From Bacillota bacterium (GTDB lineage Bacteria > Bacillota > Clostridia > Lachnospirales > Lachnospiraceae), in NCBI GenBank assembly GCA_030524555.1, contig JAUNGK010000002.1, forward strand, positions 3,909 through 67,908: a stretch of DNA of 64,000 bases. Reading direction: 5' to 3'. Position 1 is the stretch's first letter. Each line of letters starts with the position of its first letter. Positions 27,153-35,254 of the stretch are shown here, piece by piece. The translations under genes were made by a program, and so were the position numbers. The notes below the pieces were generated by a model. The model saw only the letters and a list, made by a program, of their open reading frames with translations, did no database searches and was not told the origin of the DNA.

Positions 27153-27877
27153 AAAGGTACAACGATCTGAAAAGGGAATATGATGCGCTGGAAGAAAAGT
27201 ACAGAAGGCTTTGGGGGGAGAAGTCGGAGCTTGATTATGAATTTGCAATGCTTAAGGATGAAACAGAGCATGTGCGTATGCAGGATGCCGAAATACGTGC
27301 TCTGCATCAAAGCGTCCGAAAGCTAAAGCACGATATGAAAAATCATCTTATGGTAATCGGCTCGTACATGAACGGAAAGGATTACGAGGCGGCAAAGGAG
27401 TATACCTCGGAGATTCTGGATAAGCTGAATGCAGTGCACAGCTACATTGAAACGGGAAATTCCCTGCTCAATCATATTGTAAATGAAAAGTTTGAGACTG
27501 CACGGAGGAAAGGGATTTTGGTTAAGGCAGAAATTGAAAACCTGTCCTTCGACAAAATGAAAAGCATGGACTTTTCCGCAATGTTTTCCAATATGCTTGA
27601 CAATGCAATCGAAGCATCGGAAAAGGAGGCAGGCATCAGGCCGGAAATACTGGTAAGCGTTTTTCAAAAACGTGGGTATGAAGCAGTCTGTGTGAAAAAT
27701 AAAATCGGGAAATCAGTTTTACAAAAAAATCCTAAGCTCCTTTCAACCAAGACGGAAAGTGAAGTGCATGGAATGGGAATTTGGCAGATCAGAGAGCTGA
27801 CCGAAAAATACCAGGGCTTGTGTGATTTTTATGAGGAGGATGATTTTTTCTGTGTCTGTGTTTTTATCCCTAAATAG
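27149..27877 (+). CDS. GHKL-domain sensor kinase (AgrC/HPK10-like catalytic core) with no transmembrane or recognisable sensor domain
   Basis: 242 aa. The hydrophilic coiled-coil N-terminus is followed by H-box KLKHDMKNHL, N-box NMLDNAIEA and G-box HGMGIWQI. The start overlaps the RR stop (ATGA). Confidence 0.8.
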   Translation: MKRYNDLKREYDALEEKYRRLWGEKSELDYEFAMLKDETEHVRMQDAEIRALHQSVRKLKHDMKNHLMVIGSYMNGKDYEAAKEYTSEILDKLNAVHSYIETGNSLLNHIVNEKFETARRKGILVKAEIENLSFDKMKSMDFSAMFSNMLDNAIEASEKEAGIRPEILVSVFQKRGYEAVCVKNKIGKSVLQKNPKLLSTKTESEVHGMGIWQIRELTEKYQGLCDFYEEDDFFCVCVFIPK

Positions 27878-27945
27878 CTGTTGTTTATCCCAATCCCTTG
27901 TAAATGGTTTTTGCAGGGGATATTTTTATGTGGAGGTTATGTAAG

Positions 27946-28851
27946 ATGATCAGCTTTGAAAATGTAAGCAAATTTATTCTCTCCGATATAAGCATTCATG
28001 TGCCGGAGGGGGAAACGGTAGGTCTGATAGGAGCTTCCGGAGCAGGCAAGACCACCTTTATGAAGCTGGCATGCGGGCTGCTGACACCAGAGAGAGGCAC
28101 CGTATACACTATGGGATTCAAACCGGTACAGGAGCGAAAAAGGCTGAGTAAAAACATGAGTGTATTGTTTACGGATATTCCCGCTTTGCAGGCAGAGGAT
28201 ACGGTTGCAGGCAACTTTGAGATATTGCAAAGGATATACGGAATAGACAGGAAACAATTTCAGGCTGATTATAAGGAGTTGGCAAAAAGGCTTGGCTTTG
28301 CGGCTTTCGAAAATCAGGCGGTGAAGAATTTGTCCATGGGGCAAAGGCGGAGAGCTGAAATTGGCGGGGTGCTGATTAGACGCCCTAAGCTGCTTCTTTT
28401 GGACGAGCCAACAGATGGGCTGGACGAAAATGCAAAACAGGCTTTTTATGAGCTGCTGGAAGAGCGCAAGAGGGAAGGACTTACCGTGCTTCTCACCTCC
28501 CATAATATGGCGGAGATTTCAAGGGTATGCGGCAGGATCGTCCTGGTTGATCGGGGAAAGCTTCTTTATTATGGTAAAGAGCAGCAGCTTAGGAAGAAAT
28601 TTGCACCCATTGATAAAATGTGGCTGGTGCTGGAGGGTAAGATTCCTGATTTGGAGGATCTGCCCATTGTCAGGTATTGGGTGGATGGAAACAGGCTTGG
28701 TCTGGAATACAATTCTAATTATGTGACGGCATCGGAGATACTAAAGCTGATTATGGGGCAGACGACAGTCATGGAAGTGAAGGTTCGAAAGCCGGATCTG
28801 GAGGATATTATTATTCGGCTGAAGACGGAGAAGGAAGAGAAAATGTTATGA
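27946..28851 (+). CDS. ABC transporter ATP-binding protein with a C-terminal extension
   Basis: Walker A GASGAGKT, signature LSMGQRRR, Walker B LLLLDEPT. I chose ATG 27946 with RBS TGGAGGT at 8-nt spacing. Confidence 0.85.
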   Translation: MISFENVSKFILSDISIHVPEGETVGLIGASGAGKTTFMKLACGLLTPERGTVYTMGFKPVQERKRLSKNMSVLFTDIPALQAEDTVAGNFEILQRIYGIDRKQFQADYKELAKRLGFAAFENQAVKNLSMGQRRRAEIGGVLIRRPKLLLLDEPTDGLDENAKQAFYELLEERKREGLTVLLTSHNMAEISRVCGRIVLVDRGKLLYYGKEQQLRKKFAPIDKMWLVLEGKIPDLEDLPIVRYWVDGNRLGLEYNSNYVTASEILKLIMGQTTVMEVKVRKPDLEDIIIRLKTEKEEKML

Positions 28852-28872
28852 CAGCTATGAAAAGGGAGGGGA

Positions 28873-29874
28873 ATGGAAATGTGCAGCTTTATTGATGTGA
28901 AAGATGTCAGCAAGACATTTCGGGTGAATAAGCGGGCGCCAGGTGTCAGCGGAATGGTCGCAAACCTTGTGGCGCCTAAATACGAAAAAAGGCAGGCAGT
29001 AAAGGATGTCAGTTTTACCATCGACAGGGGAGAAATGGTTGGATTTATCGGACCCAATGGGGCTGGTAAGTCAACCACGATTAAAATGCTTTCCGGCATT
29101 CTTTATCCTGATAAGGGAGATATAAGGGTTGGAGGATATATTCCGTATAAACAAAGAAAAGAATATGTGGGAAGCATTGGTGTGGTGTTTGGCCAGAAAT
29201 CACAGCTGCAGTGGGATTTGCCGGTCATTGACAGCTTTGAGCTTTTAAAGGCCATTTACAGGGTGCCGGATGACAGATACCGGGGAAATTTGGAAAGATT
29301 TACGGATATGCTGGATATGGGCGGCTTTTTAAACCAGCCGGTAAGGCAGCTGTCCTTAGGACAGCGCATGAGAGCGGATATTGTGGCGGCACTTTTACAT
29401 TCCCCCAAGATCGTATTTTTTGATGAACCCACCATTGGCGTGGATGTGGTGGGAAAGGAGAGCATAAGGAACTTTATCAGGGAGCTGAATGAGCAGGACG
29501 GCGTTACCATGATCTTTACCACTCACGACATGCAGGACATAGAAAAGACCTGTAAGCGGCTGATTATTATTGATGAGGGAAATAAGGTTTATGACGGCTC
29601 TCTTTTTGGTATCCGTAAGCAGTATGGAACAACACGTCAATTGGATGTGGAGTTTGGTTCAGGATGTGAGATAAAGCCTATTGACAGGGTTGAAATCAGA
29701 GAGCTGGATATTCTGGATGGAAGAAAAAAGCGTTTTGTATTTGAGAATAAGGAGGTACAAATAGGCGAGCTGATGAACCATCTTCTGACCAATTATGATG
29801 TGAGGGATATTAATATTTCCGAGCCGGAAATAGAAGGAATTATAAGGAAAATCTATAATGGGGAGGCATCCTGA
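28873..29874 (+). CDS. ABC transporter ATP-binding protein (COG4586-like, partner of ABC-2 permeases)
   Basis: GPNGAGKST, LSLGQRMR, IVFFDEPT, plus a C-terminal domain of about 90 aa. The start is ATG 28873 or 28879. Confidence 0.85.
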   Translation: MEMCSFIDVKDVSKTFRVNKRAPGVSGMVANLVAPKYEKRQAVKDVSFTIDRGEMVGFIGPNGAGKSTTIKMLSGILYPDKGDIRVGGYIPYKQRKEYVGSIGVVFGQKSQLQWDLPVIDSFELLKAIYRVPDDRYRGNLERFTDMLDMGGFLNQPVRQLSLGQRMRADIVAALLHSPKIVFFDEPTIGVDVVGKESIRNFIRELNEQDGVTMIFTTHDMQDIEKTCKRLIIIDEGNKVYDGSLFGIRKQYGTTRQLDVEFGSGCEIKPIDRVEIRELDILDGRKKRFVFENKEVQIGELMNHLLTNYDVRDINISEPEIEGIIRKIYNGEAS

Positions 29875-29875
29875 C

Positions 29876-30670
29876 ATGTTTATTACACCATATTTTGCTT
29901 TTGCCAGGAAAAGCTTTTTGGGACGAAGTGCATACCGGTTTGACCATTTTATGAGTATTTTGAATACCTGCCTGCAAATCTTTATTTTTTGGGGAATTTA
30001 TACGGCGCTCTATGCCGGCAGAAGCGAGGTGGACGGGATTACTATGACTATGGTAGCCACCAGCTTTACTCTTTCTATGGGATTAAAAGCGGTTTTTTAT
30101 GTAGATGATTACCTTCTTCCGTCTAAGATTTGGGACGGGAGCATTGCAAATGAATTTTTAAGGCCGGTCAGCTTCAGGGGCAGAATGCTTGCGGAAAATC
30201 TGGGCAATGCAGCATTTAACGTTGTTTTTCACTTCCTTCCGGCGCTTGTGATATCGGTTGTGGTAATAGGCATTCATCCGCCTGAAAGCATGGCAATGCT
30301 TGTGCTGTTTGTTCTGAGTGCAGCACTGGGCTACGGTGTATTGTGGGGGCTCAGCTTTATGGTGCAGGCTGCTGCTTTCTGGACTTTTAAAATATGGAGC
30401 CTGGCTACCCTTAAGGATGTTTTCATCAATGTACTTTCAGGAGCAATGATTCCTTTATGGTTTATGCCGGAATGGATTTATGAGGCTTTAAAGCTGACGC
30501 CCTTTCCTTATATCTACTTTACGCCTGTGCAGATTTATTTGGGACAGCTTTCCTATCAGGAGGTTTGGAAGCGGTGCGGAGTGCAGCTTTTTTGGATCCT
30601 GCTGATTTACTTTTTGGGCAGTGTTTTCTGGAAAAGAGGACAGAAAAAGCTTGTGGTACAGGGTGGATGA
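29876..30670 (+). CDS. ABC-2 family transporter permease
   Basis: About 264 aa with 6 hydrophobic helices. ATG 29876 is preceded by GGGAGG at 9-nt spacing and lies 1 nt after the ATPase stop. Confidence 0.75.
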   Translation: MFITPYFAFARKSFLGRSAYRFDHFMSILNTCLQIFIFWGIYTALYAGRSEVDGITMTMVATSFTLSMGLKAVFYVDDYLLPSKIWDGSIANEFLRPVSFRGRMLAENLGNAAFNVVFHFLPALVISVVVIGIHPPESMAMLVLFVLSAALGYGVLWGLSFMVQAAAFWTFKIWSLATLKDVFINVLSGAMIPLWFMPEWIYEALKLTPFPYIYFTPVQIYLGQLSYQEVWKRCGVQLFWILLIYFLGSVFWKRGQKKLVVQGG

Positions 30671-30694
30671 AAAGCTGAGTAAATGGAGGGAGCA

Positions 30695-31504
30695 ATGAAA
30701 AACGATACATTACATGTGATGCTGGTTTATACGAAAACGATTATGAAGGCATGGTTTCAATACAGATCGGATGCTCTGCTTAGTTCACTGACGGTTTTTC
30801 TGCGGGAGGCTACAGGAATTATTGTGATTTACTTAACCCTGCTTAAGTTCGGAACCATGGGTGGATGGAATATTTATGAACTATTGTTTCTGTTCAGTCT
30901 TTTATTTTTGACCTATGGCATTATGATTATCTTTTTTACAGGGCTTAGGGATTTTGGGAAAACGGTTCGAGACGGCGGCTTTGATCGGTTTATCTTACGC
31001 CCGAGAGGGCTGCTTTTTCAGGTTATATTCACTAACGCTGACTGGTTTGCGGCGGTGGGACATGGGGGATTGGGAATTGTACTGTTTGTCATTACTGCTA
31101 ATCGGGTAGGGATTGAATGGAACCTGGTGAATATTTTATATTATATATTTACAGTAATAGGCGGAGTGCTGATACAGGGAGCAGTTTTTCTGCTGTTTGC
31201 AGCCTTAAATATTTATCTTCTGGAGACAAACAGCTTAAAGGAGCTGTTTTACTGGAACATGAGGAAGTTTGCAGGATATCCCATCAGTATTTTCCATAAG
31301 GTAATTCAAATAGTTATGATTTATGTAGTTCCCTTTGCGTTTGTGAATTATTTTCCGGCGCAGTTTCTGCTTCGGAAACCGGATATGGCGCAGTATCCGG
31401 CGGTTTATATGTATATCACGCCAGTTGTTGGAATTACCATGTATATGCTGGCATATGGATTTTGGAAATACAGCCTGAGATTTTATAAAAGCTCAGGGAA
31501 TTAA
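30695..31504 (+). CDS. ABC-2 family transporter permease (second subunit)
   Basis: About 269 aa with 6 hydrophobic helices. It has the same architecture as the preceding gene. The start is ATG 30695 (RBS GGAGG) or ATG 30683. Confidence 0.75.
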   Translation: MKNDTLHVMLVYTKTIMKAWFQYRSDALLSSLTVFLREATGIIVIYLTLLKFGTMGGWNIYELLFLFSLLFLTYGIMIIFFTGLRDFGKTVRDGGFDRFILRPRGLLFQVIFTNADWFAAVGHGGLGIVLFVITANRVGIEWNLVNILYYIFTVIGGVLIQGAVFLLFAALNIYLLETNSLKELFYWNMRKFAGYPISIFHKVIQIVMIYVVPFAFVNYFPAQFLLRKPDMAQYPAVYMYITPVVGITMYMLAYGFWKYSLRFYKSSGN

Positions 31505-31572
31505 GGTTTCTGGATGCGGGTATTCTGCATTTCACAAAGCCTTGGCAATAACATTTTGTTTTAAGCAACCAC

Positions 31573-31600
31573 TTGACAAACCCTGCAATCATGGTATATT
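31573..31600 (+). promoter_or_regulatory. Sigma-A promoter for the ileS leader (TTGACA-16 nt-TATATT with a TG extension)
   Basis: -35 TTGACA at 31573-31578 and TGgTATATT at 31592-31600. Confidence 0.65.
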
Positions 31601-31606
31601 TTTTAA

Positions 31607-31879
31607 TTTATAGAAAGGCAATGACGAAGACAGTAGCTATTTTTCGAACATTTCAGAGAGCCGGGAAGGGTGTGAACCGGTATAAGTAGAAGAAACAGCG
31701 AATATCACTTCCGAGCTGCGGACTGAAAAGTATTGAGTAGGTTTTGCCGGAATTCCTCCGTTATGGGAAGCCATATTAAACCGATATCGACAATATGAGA
31801 CGTATCGGCGCGTATGATGTAAACAGGTGGTATAACGCGGTAACTTTTTGCCCCGTCCTTTTTACGGACGGGGCTTTTT
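31607..31879 (+). promoter_or_regulatory. T-box riboswitch leader with an isoleucine (AUC) specifier
   Basis: Stem-I elements AGAGAG...GGTGTGAACC. ATC specifier candidate at 31704-31706 in GAATATCAC. F-box-like CCGTTA. T-box sequence AACAGGTGGTATAACGCGG at 31822-31840. Terminator GCCCCGTCC/GGACGGGGC plus TTTTT at 31850-31879. Confidence 0.85.
31850..31879 (+). terminator. T-box attenuator terminator
   Basis: 9-bp GC-rich stem (31850-31858 / 31866-31874), 7-nt loop and a T5 tract. Confidence 0.85.
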
Positions 31880-31937
31880 GCGTCGCTAAGCATTCCCGGT
31901 CTTCTTAGCGGCAGGAAGAAAAGAAAGGAAGAAAACA

Positions 31938-34900
31938 ATGTATCAAAAAGTATCTACAGACCTGAATTTTGTGGAACGTGAAAAAGAAGTTGAAAAGTTT
32001 TGGAAAGAAAATGATATTTTTAAGAAAAGTATGGAAAACAGAAAGGAAGGCCCTACCTACACCTTCTATGACGGACCTCCTACCGCAAACGGCAAGCCCC
32101 ATATCGGTCATGTGCTTACCCGTGTCATTAAGGATATGATTCCCAGATACCGCACCATGAAGGGCTATATGGTGCCCCGTAAGGCAGGATGGGATACCCA
32201 CGGACTTCCGGTGGAGCTGGAGGTGGAGAAGCTCCTTGGATTGGACGGCAAGGAACAGATTGAGGAGTACGGGCTGGATCCCTTTATCAGTAAATGTAAG
32301 GAAAGTGTTTGGAAATACAAGGGTATGTGGGAGGATTTCTCCGGCACGGTAGGCTTTTGGGCCGATATGGATGATCCCTATGTTACCTACCATGATGATT
32401 TCATTGAGTCCGAATGGTGGGCGCTGAAGCAGATTTGGGATAAGGGCTTATTATATAAGGGCTTTAAGATTGTACCTTATTGTCCGAGATGCGGAACCCC
32501 TCTTTCTTCCCATGAGGTAGCACAGGGCTATAAGTCTGTTAAGGAACGTTCTGCCGTAGTCCGTTTTAAGGTGGTGGGCGAGGATGCCTATTTCCTGGCA
32601 TGGACCACAACGCCCTGGACTCTTCCCTCTAACGTGGCGCTGTGTGTGAACCCGGATGAAACCTATGTAAAGGTTCAGGCGGCAGACGGTTATACCTACT
32701 ATATGGCCCAGGCGCTTCTTGACAATGTGCTTGGCAAGCTGGCTTTGGACGGAAAGGCAGCTTATGAAATTCTGGAAACCTATACCGGTAAGGACTTAGA
32801 GTATAAAGAATATGAGCCGCTCTTTGCCTGTGCGGGAGAGGCAGCCAAAAAGCAGAACAAGAAAGGCCATTTCGTAACCTGTGACAGCTATGTTACCATG
32901 ACAGACGGTACCGGTATTGTTCATATTGCTCCGGCATTTGGTGAGGATGATGCCCAGGTGGGACGTAAATATGATCTGCCTTTCGTGCAGTTTGTTGACG
33001 GTAAGGGTGAAATGACACAGGAAACTCCTTATGCAGGCTTGTTTGTAAAGGATGCAGACCCTAAGGTTTTGGTTGATCTGGATAAGGAAGGCAAGCTGTT
33101 TGATGCTCCCAAGTTTGAGCATGATTATCCTTTCTGCTGGAGATGTGACACACCGCTGATCTACTATGCAAGAGAATCCTGGTTTATCAAGATGACAGCG
33201 GTTCGTGATGATCTGGTTCGCAATAACAAGACTGTCAATTGGATTCCGGAATCCATCGGCGAGGGGCGTTTCGGAAACTGGCTTGAAAATATTCAGGACT
33301 GGGGTGTTTCACGTAACCGTTATTGGGGTACGCCTTTAAATATCTGGGAGTGTGAAGAATGCGGACATCAGGAGTCAATCGGCTCCAGACAAGAGCTGGA
33401 AAGGTTAAGCGGCAATCCTGAAGCAAAGACCGTGGAGCTGCACAGACCTTACATTGATGAAATTACCTGCACCTGTCCTAAGTGCGGCAAAATCATGAAA
33501 AGAGTGCCGGAGGTAATTGACTGCTGGTTTGATTCAGGAGCAATGCCTTTTGCGCAGCATCATTATCCTTTTGAAAATAAAGAATTGTTTGAGGCCCAGT
33601 TCCCGGCTCAGTTTATTTCCGAGGCGGTGGACCAGACCCGTGGATGGTTCTATTCCCTGATGGCAGAATCTACCTTATTATTTAACAGGGCTCCTTATGA
33701 GAACGTAATTGTTTTGGGACACGTACAGGATGAAAACGGCCAGAAGATGAGCAAGAGTAAGGGAAATGCGGTTGACCCTTTTGAAGCGCTGGCTACTTAC
33801 GGAGCAGATGCGATCCGCTGGTATTTTTACATTAACTCTGCACCATGGCTTCCCAACAGATTCCATGGAAAGGCAGTTATGGAAGGACAGCGTAAGTTCC
33901 TTGGTACGCTGTGGAATACCTATGCGTTCTTTATCCTATATGCAAACATTGATGATTTTGATGCAACGAAATATACATTGGAATATGATAAGCTTCCGGT
34001 GATGGATAAGTGGCTGCTGTCCAAGTTAAATACAGCCATCAGGGAAGTGGATGAGAATCTGGATAACTATCGGATCCCGGAGGCTGCAAGAGTTTTAGAT
34101 AACTTTGTGGATGAGATGAGCAACTGGTATGTGCGCCGCTGCCGTGAGCGTTTCTGGGCAAAGGGCATGGAACAGGATAAGATTAACGCTTATATGACTC
34201 TTTATACCGCATTGGTTGAAATCTGCAAGTGCGCAGCGCCTATGGTTCCTTTTATGACAGAGGAGATTTACCAGAATCTGGTCAGAACCAATGATAAGGA
34301 GGCCCCGGAAAGCATTCATTTATGTGATTTCCCTGTGGCACAGGATTCAATGATTGACGGAAAGCTTGAGGAGAGCATGGAGGAAGCCTTGGATATTGTT
34401 GTTATGGGACGTGCGGCACGTAACGCGGCCAACATCAAGAACCGTCAGCCTATCGGAACCATGTATGTGAAGGCGCCTCATACTCTTGATGACTATTTTA
34501 AGAATATTATTGAAGATGAGCTTAATGTAAAGGAAGTTGTATTTAAGGAGGATGTAAGCGATCTTACCAGCTACAGCTTTAAGCCACAGCTTAAGACCGT
34601 AGGACCTAAATACGGTAAGCAGCTTGGCGGTATCAGAGAATATCTGTCAGCAGTAGACGGAAGGTCAGCTATGAAGCAGCTGAAGGCAGAGGGAGCGCTT
34701 AAGTTTGAGGTAAATGGTGTAGAAATTTCTCTTGCAGAAGAGGATCTGCTGATCGACGTAGCCCAGAAGGAGGGCTTTGTTACGGAGGCAGATAATTATG
34801 TTACGGTTGTCCTGGATACCAATCTTTCACCGGAGCTGATTGAGGAAGGATTTGTCTATGAGGTTATCAGCAAAATCCAGACTATGCGTAAGGATGCAGG

Positions 34901-35093
34901 CTTTGAGGTGATGGATCATATTAAGGTGGCGATCAATGGTAATGAGAAGCTTGCAGAAATCGTAAGCAAGAATCAGGCGGCTATTTCCGAAAAGGTGCTG
35001 GCAGATGAAATTGTAACTGATACGGAGCTGTCAGTTTTAAAAGAATGGAATGTAAACGGTGAGAAGGTTTCCATCGGCGTAGAGAAATTATAA
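31938..35093 (+). CDS. ileS: Isoleucine--tRNA ligase, long type-2 form
   Basis: 1051 aa with HIGH motif PHIGH and KMSKS motif KMSKSKGN. It has a CP1 editing region and a long C-terminal extension characteristic of IleRS2-type enzymes. Confidence 0.97.
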   Translation: MYQKVSTDLNFVEREKEVEKFWKENDIFKKSMENRKEGPTYTFYDGPPTANGKPHIGHVLTRVIKDMIPRYRTMKGYMVPRKAGWDTHGLPVELEVEKLLGLDGKEQIEEYGLDPFISKCKESVWKYKGMWEDFSGTVGFWADMDDPYVTYHDDFIESEWWALKQIWDKGLLYKGFKIVPYCPRCGTPLSSHEVAQGYKSVKERSAVVRFKVVGEDAYFLAWTTTPWTLPSNVALCVNPDETYVKVQAADGYTYYMAQALLDNVLGKLALDGKAAYEILETYTGKDLEYKEYEPLFACAGEAAKKQNKKGHFVTCDSYVTMTDGTGIVHIAPAFGEDDAQVGRKYDLPFVQFVDGKGEMTQETPYAGLFVKDADPKVLVDLDKEGKLFDAPKFEHDYPFCWRCDTPLIYYARESWFIKMTAVRDDLVRNNKTVNWIPESIGEGRFGNWLENIQDWGVSRNRYWGTPLNIWECEECGHQESIGSRQELERLSGNPEAKTVELHRPYIDEITCTCPKCGKIMKRVPEVIDCWFDSGAMPFAQHHYPFENKELFEAQFPAQFISEAVDQTRGWFYSLMAESTLLFNRAPYENVIVLGHVQDENGQKMSKSKGNAVDPFEALATYGADAIRWYFYINSAPWLPNRFHGKAVMEGQRKFLGTLWNTYAFFILYANIDDFDATKYTLEYDKLPVMDKWLLSKLNTAIREVDENLDNYRIPEAARVLDNFVDEMSNWYVRRCRERFWAKGMEQDKINAYMTLYTALVEICKCAAPMVPFMTEEIYQNLVRTNDKEAPESIHLCDFPVAQDSMIDGKLEESMEEALDIVVMGRAARNAANIKNRQPIGTMYVKAPHTLDDYFKNIIEDELNVKEVVFKEDVSDLTSYSFKPQLKTVGPKYGKQLGGIREYLSAVDGRSAMKQLKAEGALKFEVNGVEISLAEEDLLIDVAQKEGFVTEADNYVTVVLDTNLSPELIEEGFVYEVISKIQTMRKDAGFEVMDHIKVAINGNEKLAEIVSKNQAAISEKVLADEIVTDTELSVLKEWNVNGEKVSIGVEKL

Positions 35094-35107
35094 GGTTGAT
35101 TGATGAG

Positions 35108-35148
35108 AAAGTACCTCATGATGATATGCTCATTATGGGGTACTTTTT
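35108..35148 (+). terminator. Rho-independent terminator after ileS
   Basis: 12-bp stem AAAGTACCTCAT / ATGGGGTACTTT with one G-U pair, a 15-nt loop and a T-run. Confidence 0.6.
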
Positions 35149-35181
35149 ACCTGTTTTACAGCCAATATATAGATTAAAACC

Positions 35182-35210
35182 TTGTAGACTAAGTTTTTTT
35201 GTAGTACAAT
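35182..35210 (+). promoter_or_regulatory. Sigma-A promoter candidate for glgP (TTGTAG-17 nt-TACAAT)
   Basis: -35 at 35182-35187 and -10 at 35205-35210. Confidence 0.4.
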
Positions 35211-35254
35211 AGGGGACGAATATACTTTAGGAAATATAGATGGAGGAGAAAATT

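Noticed and set aside
35103-35180. 25-aa hydrophobic mini-ORF (MRKYLMMICSLWGTFYLFYSQYID) after ileS
   Set aside because: It coincides with the ileS terminator hairpin, has only a weak AAGG upstream and has no supporting context.
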